Shown: positions 20,378-29,543 of the stretch, one piece after another
Layout: each line of letters starts with the position of its first letter
How positions within the stretch are numbered: position 1 is the first letter of the stretch
NCBI GenBank assembly: GCA_041697335.1
Contig: JBGUGD010000038.1
Span: 32,001 to 96,000, forward strand
Origin: Vampirovibrionaceae bacterium NZW_1234
GTDB lineage: Bacteria; Cyanobacteriota; Vampirovibrionia; Vampirovibrionales; JAGQHJ01
Direction of reading: 5' to 3'
Length of the DNA: 64,000 nt
Made by a program: the position numbers and the translations under genes
Notes under the pieces: model-generated
Told to the model about the DNA's origin: nothing
Database searches by the model: none
Seen by the model: the letters and a program-made list of their open reading frames with translations, nothing else

Positions 20378-21628
20378 ATGAACAAAATCAAAACGACATT
20401 TCGGGCCCTGTCCAACCCTAATTTTCGCTTATTTGCCGCGGGCCAAGTCCTCTCATTAACGGGCACCTGGATGCAGCAGCTGGCCATGGGGTGGCTGGTT
20501 TACCGCCTGACTCATTCGTCGGTGGCCTTGGGCCTATACGGTTTCGTGTCGTACCTGCCTACCTTTGTATTCACGCCCTTCGGCGGCGCCATTGCCGATC
20601 GATGGAATCGTCACCGGGTGCTCATCATCACGCAGATTCTGGCCATGGCAGAGGCCCTGCTGATGGCCTATTTAACCCTGTCGGGCCAGATACAGATGTG
20701 GCAGATTCTGCTGTTGGGGTTTTTCCTGGGCGTGTTGAATGCCGGTGCCATGCCGGTGCAACAGGCTTTTATCGTGGACATGTTGGATAAAAAAGAAGAC
20801 ACGGCCAATGCCATTGCCCTCAACGCCTCCATGGTCAACATGGCGCGTCTGGTTGGCCCGGCCATTGCGGGTCTGGTGGTGGCCTGGCATGGGGAGGGGC
20901 TGTGTTTTCTGCTCAATGGCCTCAGTTACATTGCCGTCATCCTTTCCCTCGCCCTGATGAAGGTCACCTGCCGCCCGCCGTCCGTGGATCCCGGACGTGT
21001 GTGGGACAGTGTCAAAGAAGGGTTCCACTATTCCTTTTCCTTTTTACCCATTCGCGTCGTCTTGATTCTGATGGCCACCCTGAGCCTCGCGGTGGCCCCG
21101 ACGGTCACCATGATGCCGGTCCTGACCCGAGAGATGCTCCATCGCGGGGCTGACATCATGGGCATGTTGATGGCCTCCTCGGGCATTGGGGCGATGACCG
21201 GGGCCATTTATCTGGCCTCGCGCCGCACCGTAGACGGCTTGAGCCAGCGCCTGGCCATGGCCATGGGCATCAGCGGCCTGGGTCTGATGGCCTTCTCCCT
21301 GTCCCATACGGTATGGCTTTCGGCATTGCTTATGGTGATTATGGGCTTTGGCATGATGGTCCAGATGGCGGCCAGCAATATTTTTCTTCAAACCGTGGTG
21401 GACGAGGCCAAACGGGGCCGGGTCATGAGCATCTATATCATGTCCTTCATGGGCTTAATGCCCTTTGGCAGCTTGCTGGCGGGGTATCTCATCAACCACA
21501 TCGGCTTGCAGGAAACCTTGATCTTAAACGGCCTGGCCTGCCTCACCGGCTCCGGCATCCTCATCACCATGATGCCACGCTTCCAAGCCCAAATCCGTCC
21601 CCTCTGCCCCAAAGCCGACCCGGTATAA
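20378..21628 (+). CDS. MFS transporter
   Basis: About 12 hydrophobic segments; GAIADRWNR motif A; RGRVMS in C-half. Confidence 0.92.
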   Translation: MNKIKTTFRALSNPNFRLFAAGQVLSLTGTWMQQLAMGWLVYRLTHSSVALGLYGFVSYLPTFVFTPFGGAIADRWNRHRVLIITQILAMAEALLMAYLTLSGQIQMWQILLLGFFLGVLNAGAMPVQQAFIVDMLDKKEDTANAIALNASMVNMARLVGPAIAGLVVAWHGEGLCFLLNGLSYIAVILSLALMKVTCRPPSVDPGRVWDSVKEGFHYSFSFLPIRVVLILMATLSLAVAPTVTMMPVLTREMLHRGADIMGMLMASSGIGAMTGAIYLASRRTVDGLSQRLAMAMGISGLGLMAFSLSHTVWLSALLMVIMGFGMMVQMAASNIFLQTVVDEAKRGRVMSIYIMSFMGLMPFGSLLAGYLINHIGLQETLILNGLACLTGSGILITMMPRFQAQIRPLCPKADPV

Positions 21629-21834
21629 GCGCCCTTTCTTAACGTCACCGGGTGCCAAATGGGCGTTTAGACCTCAACAGCGTTACTTTTACAGGCTTCC
21701 ATATCCTGGGAGACACGGGAAGACGCGAACCGGTTTTTGGTAGGAAAGTTGGCCAATAGAAACATTCTCTATCTACGCTAAGCTCGTTTTATCTATTGAC
21801 ATCTCCGGCAAGGGTAGGATAAACCGGGTTCATC

Positions 21835-22719
21835 ATGAGTCAACAATGGCCCAAAGAAGATCTCGTCATAGGCTCCGTGTTCTGGATACTCTTCATTCAC
21901 CTGATTGCAGTACTGGCGCCCTTTACCTTTACCTGGGCCGGTTTCGCTCTTTTTGTCGTGATGACCTGTATGACTTTGGGCCTCGGTGTTACCTTGGGGT
22001 ACCATCGTCTGCTGGCGCATCGCAGCTTTGAAACGCCAGCAACCGTCCGGTATTTGTTAGCGCTATTGGGCTGCCTCGCGCTTCAAGGCGGCCCGATACG
22101 ATGGGTGGCAACACATCGCTTGCATCACAAGGAAACCGATAAGATGGCCGATCCGCATTCTCCCACCCGGGGATTTGCATGGGCCCATGTTGTCTGGACC
22201 TTTTATCGCCATCCTCAGCTTAAAACCCCGGAAGACCTGGGCCATTTTGCCCCCGACTTATCCAGGGAACGTTTTCTGTGTTTCCTAGAGCGCTACTATT
22301 TGTTGCCCTACTTGGCTTTTTGCGTTCTGGCCTTTGCCATCGGCACGGCTTTGGAGGGCTGGTATCTGGGGGTATCTCTAGTCATTTGGGGATGTGCTTT
22401 ACGAACGGTTTATTCGTGGCATGTCACTTGGCTGGTCAACTCTGCCGCCCATATCTGGGGTTATCAAAGCCATCCATCATCGGATAACAGCCAAAACAAC
22501 TGGTGGGTTGCCTTACTCACCTTTGGTGAAGGCTGGCACAACAATCATCATGCCTATCCCTATTCAGCCAGAATGGGGTTCAAATGGTTTGAATTAGATA
22601 AGACATACTGGATAATTACACTGATGGCGAAAACCGGTCTTGCCTGGAATGTTGTTCAACCCAAGCGAACACCGGGTTCTGAAAAAGCCGGGCTCTCCTC
22701 CCCCATCTCATTGGAATAA
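21835..22719 (+). CDS. Acyl-CoA/acyl-lipid delta-9-type fatty acid desaturase
   Basis: His boxes HRLLAH, HRLHH, GEGWHNNHH. Confidence 0.93.
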   Translation: MSQQWPKEDLVIGSVFWILFIHLIAVLAPFTFTWAGFALFVVMTCMTLGLGVTLGYHRLLAHRSFETPATVRYLLALLGCLALQGGPIRWVATHRLHHKETDKMADPHSPTRGFAWAHVVWTFYRHPQLKTPEDLGHFAPDLSRERFLCFLERYYLLPYLAFCVLAFAIGTALEGWYLGVSLVIWGCALRTVYSWHVTWLVNSAAHIWGYQSHPSSDNSQNNWWVALLTFGEGWHNNHHAYPYSARMGFKWFELDKTYWIITLMAKTGLAWNVVQPKRTPGSEKAGLSSPISLE

Positions 22720-22726
22720 AGCAACC

Positions 22727-23281
22727 TCACTCCCTCTGCCTTGCTGTCATTTCTGGATTTCGAAAGGCAAGCACAGCTCCTGAAATTTCGCCATTCGTCA
22801 GTAACGGGGACATCGTAAAGATTACGGGGAATAAAGTCCCATTTCGGTGAATAAAGCTGCTTTCCTGGTCATGAATACTGATGCCCTTCTCAAGCACATC
22901 CAGTAACGGGCACGCTGCATTTGGAAAATCCATTCCATCCGCCTGGTGAGCATGTATCTTGTCATGGATGGATTGCCCCATTAATTCCTCTTTCCGCCAG
23001 CCTAAAAGCGTTTCCGCAGCCGGATTTAAAAAGGTCACATGCCCAACGTCATCAATGACATAAATCCCTTCTTCCATACTGGAGGTAATGACGTTGGTAA
23101 AATCAATCTGTTGATTTAACCGTGCTTTTTGCTCGCTGAGCAGGTGTTCTGTATGCTGTTGCTCTACAAGTTCCTGCTTTAAGCTGATATTGGTATTCGC
23201 ATAATCAGACGCTGCATTATTTTCTGCGGCTTCACTTATTTTTAGCAAGTAGTCTGCCCAATCTTCCCGTTTATTCACCAT
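22727..23281 (-). CDS. PAS domain protein without output domain
   Basis: EGIYVID..G.VTFLNPAAE.LLGW..EEL.G; PAC-like HRNGT.FPV...SP...GAVLAFR. Confidence 0.8.
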   Translation of the reverse strand: MVNKREDWADYLLKISEAAENNAASDYANTNISLKQELVEQQHTEHLLSEQKARLNQQIDFTNVITSSMEEGIYVIDDVGHVTFLNPAAETLLGWRKEELMGQSIHDKIHAHQADGMDFPNAACPLLDVLEKGISIHDQESSFIHRNGTLFPVIFTMSPLLTNGEISGAVLAFRNPEMTARQRE

Positions 23282-23421
23282 GAACGTTTCCAACCTATCT
23301 TGTACAGATGGCCTTGTAACTGTTTAAGGCCTCTCTATAATAGGATCTATTCTCATGAAGCAAATATCCATAAGGCACATACCTTATTTCAGCGGGTAGC
23401 GGACGTATTCCAGTGCTTGAT

Positions 23422-23964
23422 TCATGAGACAGAGTGTTCTTGTTTTCGGTCATGCTGCTTCTGCTGTAGACCCGCTTTAATCTCGTGCTGTGCCTGTACG
23501 GGCAGTAAACGATGGGCCAGGGGAAATAATTCTTTTTCTTCCTTCTCAAAATGTCGTTTGATGGCTTCTTGCAGGAGGGTAATTTTGTCCTGAACTTTTC
23601 GGGACTCTAATTCTCCCTGGAAGAGTTCATGAATGGCGGATTGTGCTTCTTCGGAATCCAGAAAAACGTTGACCTTACGCTGCAGATTTTTAGAGTGGCG
23701 TTCATCCTGAAACAGTTCGCCGATGAGCTGCTTTACTGCCAATTGCTGTTTAAGAAACTTCTCCGTGGTGGACTTTGTTTCAGCCATCCGCAGTAAAGGC
23801 TCATAGAGAAGTTGCTCTTCCAACTCCATCTGAAAGAGCAAATTATCAAAAATGGATGAAAACGCATTCTCTTGGGAAATATCTCCAGATTGGAGCGAAT
23901 CAAGCTGCTTAACCAGTTGAGAATGGCTCTTTGCAAGTGAGTTGAACAGATCCATACGTTTCAT
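23422..23964 (-). CDS. Hemerythrin-like (HHE) helical protein, degenerate
   Basis: L..SH, LEEQLLY and HFEKEEKELFP motifs; several expected His replaced by Gln. Confidence 0.65.
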   Translation of the reverse strand: MKRMDLFNSLAKSHSQLVKQLDSLQSGDISQENAFSSIFDNLLFQMELEEQLLYEPLLRMAETKSTTEKFLKQQLAVKQLIGELFQDERHSKNLQRKVNVFLDSEEAQSAIHELFQGELESRKVQDKITLLQEAIKRHFEKEEKELFPLAHRLLPVQAQHEIKAGLQQKQHDRKQEHSVS

Positions 23965-24103
23965 CCCATGAAACCAGAAGCTGCCTATAGCCTAATTCTT
24001 TTTTACCTCGTTACCTACTGCACAACTGGCGATACTTCTCGCACCTGCGTAGACCAGCCCAACAATAAACGCGTACCCTCAACGCCTGAAGCAGAATTAA
24101 TGC

Positions 24104-25141
24104 TTATTTAATTTCGAAGGCCATTCTTCTTTCGAGGTCAGGACTTTTCGATTTGTAGAACGTTTTAAATCCGATAGAGGTGTAAAACTCCTCAGATTTT
24201 TGATCATGGACAGTAACAAATATTTTTTTAAAATTACGAGCTTTCGCTTCACTTAAAGCAATTTGGAATACGCTATCCATCAGTGTATTTCGATTCTGAT
24301 CCGAGTTAAGCAATGTTTCGGATAAATGGGTTTCCCAACTTTCCAAGGTAAGGAGTGTAGAACCAGGACGTGCATAATCAAAACCCAACTCAGAAACTAA
24401 CTTTCCTTGATGCAGAGCACGAATTTGGCATGGCATGGATTTTCCATTAGGATCAAACGTCGGGACGGCGAGTTCTATGTCTAATGTCACCGGTTCGTTA
24501 TTGGGGCCGGTAAGCTCGATTTTACGGGGATCGGGAAGAATACCCAGTAGAATAGCAACCAGAGGTCTTCCTGATGTTGGAGCCTGATCTTCAGACTTCG
24601 CATTATCAGGTCTTTTGGGTTTAGGGACAGGGATGGGCCTAGGAGCCGCCGAGGGTGATTCAACAGGTGTCTCTAAGGAAGGAGAGGTTGGCTTAAGAGG
24701 TTGTATAGTCGGAGCATTCTTCTCAATACTGGGTAAAGATTGCTTTCGCTGCTGAGGGCGTTTTCGTCGTCTACGTCGAGGGGCATCACTCTCCTTGGTA
24801 GTTGAATCTTTGGTAGTTGAATCTTTTTGAGGCTTGCTCGATTGATTTTTATTTCCTGCTCGTCGAAGCTGAAAGGCTTGATAGATCCCTTTAACCAAAG
24901 CAATGGGCAGCCAAAGAGGGGCACTGACAAAAGCAATTAGCCCGCCCAGCAGAAAAGCGAACTTGCTTGTCAAAGAGCCTTTCCAAAATACCTTGCTGTC
25001 CGAAGCAGTTGAGGACAGATTTTCATCGGATCCAAATCGAACTGAATCCTTATTCATTGGAGGAACCTGAAGCGGAGAGCTTGATTTTTCCACCATCGTG
25101 TAGGGTTTAGTTTGAAAAAAGGGGAAACTTGATTTGATCAT
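24104..25141 (-). CDS. RFG-leader protein with TM segment, poly-basic patch and GNAT-like C-terminus
   Basis: DSVRFG; hydrophobic FAFLLGGLIAFVSAPLWLPIALV; PRRRRRKRP; EAKARNFKKIFV...EEFYTSIGF resembles GNAT motif B. Confidence 0.6.
   Translation of the reverse strand: MIKSSFPFFQTKPYTMVEKSSSPLQVPPMNKDSVRFGSDENLSSTASDSKVFWKGSLTSKFAFLLGGLIAFVSAPLWLPIALVKGIYQAFQLRRAGNKNQSSKPQKDSTTKDSTTKESDAPRRRRRKRPQQRKQSLPSIEKNAPTIQPLKPTSPSLETPVESPSAAPRPIPVPKPKRPDNAKSEDQAPTSGRPLVAILLGILPDPRKIELTGPNNEPVTLDIELAVPTFDPNGKSMPCQIRALHQGKLVSELGFDYARPGSTLLTLESWETHLSETLLNSDQNRNTLMDSVFQIALSEAKARNFKKIFVTVHDQKSEEFYTSIGFKTFYKSKSPDLERRMAFEIK
24795..24824. repeat. 15-bp tandem duplication (encodes KDSTT twice on minus strand)
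   Basis: ttggtagttgaatct x2. Confidence 0.8.
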
Positions 25142-25906
25142 GATTCCAATTTGATACTTTCCAACACCGGATAAACGATTCTCAAGAAATCTTGGTGCTA
25201 ACGGTATATAAATCTTGGTTACATGCCGTTACAAAATTTAGATATTGATTTAAATATGAAATCAAATCAAGGAGGAAATTTTCGGTTTTTTGATTTTTCA
25301 AAGCGCTGAAAGCAATAGTCAATAACACGCTTACGAAATCAATTGAAAATAGGTTAAAAACAAAATGATGGCGTCGAAGGGGGCTATCAAGCGAAGTAAA
25401 TCTTCCAACCCGCCGAATAAAACACATCAACACCTACGCAGACCAGGCGAAACAATCGTATTGAACTCGCCAGCAAACAATGAATACAGATTTATGGCCC
25501 TCTCTGGTTGAGGATCGGATTGATGAACTCACCTATCAGCTTAAGCAGCAGGAATTGACAGAAGAAAAGAAACGTTATTTCACCAGCTTGCTTCATCGCC
25601 CCCCGAAGGCAGAGGGAGCGGGCGTTCAGCATGGTTGAGGCTCTCCTTCAAAAGGTCGAGGATTTACAAGAACCCACTCTCGTTAAAATCGGGTATCACC
25701 CCGACAAAGTCAGAGAGTGAACACCATAAGCTATTTACCACAGACAAAAACCGACATAGGTATACCTTAAGATTATTACCCTCAGAGGCTATCAACCCTA
25801 TCAAAATCTTAAGAATGTCTAAAAACGGGCATAACCACTATATAAATAGTATATAATTAAAGTATTCTCAGTAATGTAGGTTCGTAAGAAAGTGAAGAGG
25901 TACGCT

Positions 25907-26875
25907 ATGACGGATTCAACAATCGATTGGTACGAAATCAAAGGGCGCTATATGGCGGGGGAGAAGCCAAAGCGCCTGGCCCAGATGTATGAGATTGACC
26001 CCAAGCAGCTCAGCAACATCATTGTACGCCAAGGCTGGCGAAAGCAGCGCGAGGAAATCCGCCTGAAAGTCGCCGAGGAGTTCGTGGACGCCCAACGGGA
26101 ACTCAACCGGAAAGCCATGCACGTTGTGGACCTGGTCCTGTCGTCGCTCATCACCGAGGACGGCACCCTGAACTGGGAGGCCTGCAAGACGATCAAGAGC
26201 AGCGTGCTTCGCCTGTGCCTGCAAATGGCCATGCCCGACAAGGTCAAAGTCCGGGAAGTCACCCACACCTTCGGCGAAGGCCCCGAACCCTGGCGCACCT
26301 TCACGGAGCCTCCCAGCACGGATGACACGCCTCCGGTGAGTAAAACTGAGCAAAAATTCGAATTTGAAAATCCCTCAGCCCCGGAGTTCTGGGCCACTTC
26401 TCACGAAAGCTCCACGTTTAAAGAACCCTTGAGCGAAGACGCCTTAAGCGACCCGACCGCGGGTATGGCGGATCCCGCCACTCCTTTGGTGAGCCATGAC
26501 GTGAGTAAAAGTGAGCAAAAATTCGAACATCAAAATAACTCATCCCCGGCATCCTCTGAACCTGAAGCCACGCCCCCGGCCCCGACCGTCCCGGAGCCCC
26601 CGCAACCCAGCAAACTCCTGATGCTCGCCCAACTGCCCCATATGTGGGACATGTGGAACCGGATCAACACCCTGATGGCCCAGGCCCCACGCCTGTCCCT
26701 GCCCGATGAGCCCCATGAGAAAAATGAGCAAAATCGAGCCAACAATCACACGTCGCATGACGGGCCACCCCTCTGTGCCAACCTGGGCGAACCCTATGAT
26801 ACATACCCTTATCCGGGTCAGCCCGAGCGCAACCGAATCCAAAGCAACGCCTTCCGGCCCCAAAGACCCGTTTAA
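25907..26875 (+). CDS. Phage terminase-small-subunit-like HTH protein with Pro-rich tail
   Basis: IDWYEIKGRYMAGE...LAQMY.I....L......GW pattern is typical of TerS N-terminal HTH; gagg RBS. Confidence 0.55.
   Translation: MTDSTIDWYEIKGRYMAGEKPKRLAQMYEIDPKQLSNIIVRQGWRKQREEIRLKVAEEFVDAQRELNRKAMHVVDLVLSSLITEDGTLNWEACKTIKSSVLRLCLQMAMPDKVKVREVTHTFGEGPEPWRTFTEPPSTDDTPPVSKTEQKFEFENPSAPEFWATSHESSTFKEPLSEDALSDPTAGMADPATPLVSHDVSKSEQKFEHQNNSSPASSEPEATPPAPTVPEPPQPSKLLMLAQLPHMWDMWNRINTLMAQAPRLSLPDEPHEKNEQNRANNHTSHDGPPLCANLGEPYDTYPYPGQPERNRIQSNAFRPQRPV
26336..26527 (+). repeat. 27-bp direct repeat (26336-26362 and 26501-26527), one mismatch
   Basis: gtgagtaaaa[c/g]tgagcaaaaattcgaa, encoding VSK[T/S]EQKFE. 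Confidence 0.8.
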
Positions 26876-26925
26876 ACCGGCCAGCCTGAATTTTGAGAAA
26901 AATTATTTTTTTCTATCAAAATTGG

Positions 26926-26954
26926 TTGACATGTGAATTTGCTTAGTGTAATTT
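26926..26954 (+). promoter_or_regulatory. Sigma70-like promoter
   Basis: TTGACA (26926-26931), 17-bp spacer, TAATTT (26949-26954), AT-rich upstream tract. Confidence 0.55.
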
Positions 26955-27019
26955 GAACACACTTTAATTTTTCGCACCACATATATGGGTAATGGACTAT
27001 GGCATTATTCTCGACATCT

Positions 27020-27172
27020 GAAGGATCCTGGCACGATTTCTAACGCCAGCTTGCCACCCCTGCGACAGGTTGCCGCAACACGCCTGTCGGTGCATCTGTT
27101 GGCAACATGACCTGGCTTTGGTTTACGCTGCCTGTGCACGCCCCATATAAACCCGTCAATCCGGGTTCCCCT
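27020..27172 (+). ncRNA. Candidate structured RNA / 5' leader upstream of purA
   Basis: Nested complementary segments gccag/ctggc, ttgcca/tggcaa, cgacagg/cctgtcg and outer ggatcctgg/ccgggttcc; family not recognised. Confidence 0.3.
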
Positions 27173-27319
27173 CTCTAAAGATAGACATTCACAATTTAAC
27201 CGTTCATCACGCCGTCGAGCACGGGCCAATCTGGCCAACCCTACTTTCTGCTCGCACACTGTCTTACCACAGCTCGACGCGGCATTACGAATAATGAGGA
27301 TTTAAAGGAGATTTTGACG

Positions 27320-28729
27320 ATGCTTCGTCAACGTATTGGTTCAATGATTCCCATGGTCGATCTGACCTGGATGAAGCCCCGTTTTCAGGGCAACACCATT
27401 GTGGTGGGCGCCCAGTGGGGCGATGAAGGCAAGGGCAAAATTGTCGATGTCCTGGCCGAATATGCCGATGTCACCGTGCGCCCCACCGGGGGCTGCAACG
27501 CCGGCCACACCCTGAAGCGCGGCAACGATGTGTTCAAGCTCCACCTGATTCCCTCCGGGATTTTGCAGCCCAACAAGCTGTGCGTCATCGGCAACGGCAC
27601 GGTCATCCACCCGGATGTCCTCCAGCAGGAAATCACCGGCCTGACCCAACGCGGCATCTCTCTGGCCAACCTGAAGATCAGCGATCGGGCCCACGTCACG
27701 CTTCCCCTCTACACTGCCCTGGACAAGGCCCAGGAAGTGGCCCGGGGCAACCAGAAAATCGGCACCACCGGCCGGGGTATCGGCCCCACCTACGAGGCCA
27801 AGGTCGCCCGCACCGGACTTCGCGTGGCCGACCTGTTCGAGCCGGAAGCCGTCCTGTCCGCCAAGTTGGCCCCCGTGCTTCGGGCCGCCAACCAACGCCT
27901 CAGCAGCCTTGGTCAGCCCGAATTCACCATGGACACCGTCCTGGCCGACTGCAAGCGCTTTGCCGCTATCCTGAAACCCTACGTCGCCGATACGGTCACC
28001 CTGCTCAATCAGGCTGTGGCCCAGAACAAGGAGATCCTCTTTGAAGGCGCCCAGGGGACCCTGCTTGATGTGGACTTCGGCACCTACCCCTACGTCACCA
28101 GCTCCAACGCCACCGCCGGGGGCACGCTCACCGGCTCCGGCATCGGCCCCAGCAAAATCGACCGGGTCCTGGGTGTCCTGAAGGCTTACAGCACCCGGGT
28201 CGGCGAAGGCCCCTTCCCGACGGAGCTGGACATTGCCACCGACACCGTGGGCAAGACCATGTCCGAGGTCGGGCAGGAACGCGGCACCACCACCGGACGC
28301 CTGCGTCGCTGCGGCTGGTTTGACGCCGTGGCCGGTCGCTTTGCCGTCCAGGTCAATGGCCTGACCGATGTGGCCATCACCAAGCTCGATGTCCTGGATG
28401 GCCTCGATGAAATCAAGATTTGCACCGGCTACCGCAATAAAGCCACCGGGGCGATCCTCCAGCACGTGCCCACCCAGGTCTCCCAAATGGCCCAGTTGGA
28501 ACCGGTGTATGAAACCATGCCCGGCTGGAAAACCCCGATTACGGAAGCCAAAAAACTGGAAGACCTGCCCGTCAACGCCCGGCGCTACTTGCAGCGCCTG
28601 TCGGACCTGATGGGCGTGCCGGTGTCCATCATCAGTGTGGGCCCCGAACACTCGCAAACCATTATTCTGGACAACCCCCTGACCTCGCCCAAACGGCAAG
28701 CCGCCGTCAGGGCCATCCCGCTGGCCTAG
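27320..28729 (+). CDS. purA: Adenylosuccinate synthetase with N-terminal extension
   Basis: GAQWGDEGKGK, NAGHT, IGTTGRGIGP, EGAQG.LLD.D.GTYPYVTSS, GTTTGR.RRCGW.D, TKLDVL; aaggag RBS before ATG 27320. Confidence 0.97.
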   Translation: MLRQRIGSMIPMVDLTWMKPRFQGNTIVVGAQWGDEGKGKIVDVLAEYADVTVRPTGGCNAGHTLKRGNDVFKLHLIPSGILQPNKLCVIGNGTVIHPDVLQQEITGLTQRGISLANLKISDRAHVTLPLYTALDKAQEVARGNQKIGTTGRGIGPTYEAKVARTGLRVADLFEPEAVLSAKLAPVLRAANQRLSSLGQPEFTMDTVLADCKRFAAILKPYVADTVTLLNQAVAQNKEILFEGAQGTLLDVDFGTYPYVTSSNATAGGTLTGSGIGPSKIDRVLGVLKAYSTRVGEGPFPTELDIATDTVGKTMSEVGQERGTTTGRLRRCGWFDAVAGRFAVQVNGLTDVAITKLDVLDGLDEIKICTGYRNKATGAILQHVPTQVSQMAQLEPVYETMPGWKTPITEAKKLEDLPVNARRYLQRLSDLMGVPVSIISVGPEHSQTIILDNPLTSPKRQAAVRAIPLA

Positions 28730-29024
28730 GGGCTTATCCCAACAGTCGTATATTAGAGGAGTGATCCGAAGAAGAGAAACGATGAGAGGTATGACAATGA
28801 AATCGGCCCCAGAATTGGAAGCTCCGGGAACCCGATTTCAGAAGGTGGACGGTACGGCTTCGAGCCAATAAGCCGTATAACTGGTAGCCATCGGCGAGCC
28901 CCCCTTTGCCGATGGTTGCCCTCCACCTGGGGGACACACCCAGGATGCGAACCACACCGGCTTGGCGTATAATCGGGTTTTTCACCATCCCGTTCCAACG
29001 GGTTCGATCGAGGAGGAAACTCAC

Positions 29025-29543
29025 ATGCAAGTGACACGCTTCTCCGGCACCTACCGGATTCAGCTCAACGGCATCAAGCATGCCCCCTGGTATGACAGCA
29101 GCAAGCACGACACCAATAACCGGACCCAGGGCGAAGCCTTTTTAAACGCCCTCGCCACCCAGTTCTCGCAGACGCTGCCGGATCGCCCCCAAAAAGAAGG
29201 GCGCACCTACCTCGGCATGCCCCAGCGCCCCTACCGGTCTCTCCTTCTCCAGGAGAAGCATCCCGACAGGGACGCCTACCACAACGTGATGCGAGTCACC
29301 GTGGACGATGCCCACACCTACAGCTATGCCATTCGCTGCTTCGATGATCTGGATGCCCCCACCGAGCAAGCCCTCCAGGCCCTTTCGCCACAGATTGCCT
29401 CATGGCGAAAAAGCCCCAACGGCAGCTACGACCGAAACAAGCCCGACGACTGGGGCTGGCTGAACAACGCCACGGGCCTGACCCGGGAAGCGATGAATCT
29501 TTTCAAGGCCTTTACCGCCCGCTTTCGCAAAGACGAGGCCTAA
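29025..29543 (+). CDS. Hypothetical protein with RFSG leader
   Basis: aggagg RBS, MQVTRFSG start. Confidence 0.7.
   Translation: MQVTRFSGTYRIQLNGIKHAPWYDSSKHDTNNRTQGEAFLNALATQFSQTLPDRPQKEGRTYLGMPQRPYRSLLLQEKHPDRDAYHNVMRVTVDDAHTYSYAIRCFDDLDAPTEQALQALSPQIASWRKSPNGSYDRNKPDDWGWLNNATGLTREAMNLFKAFTARFRKDEA

Noticed and set aside
27000..27175. tmRNA on the minus strand (ggggaacccggattgacggg resembles a tmRNA 5' end)
   Set aside because: No T-arm or CCA 3' end and no tag reading frame found at a suitable distance
27341..28699. 452-aa minus-strand ORF
   Set aside because: Antisense shadow of GC-rich purA
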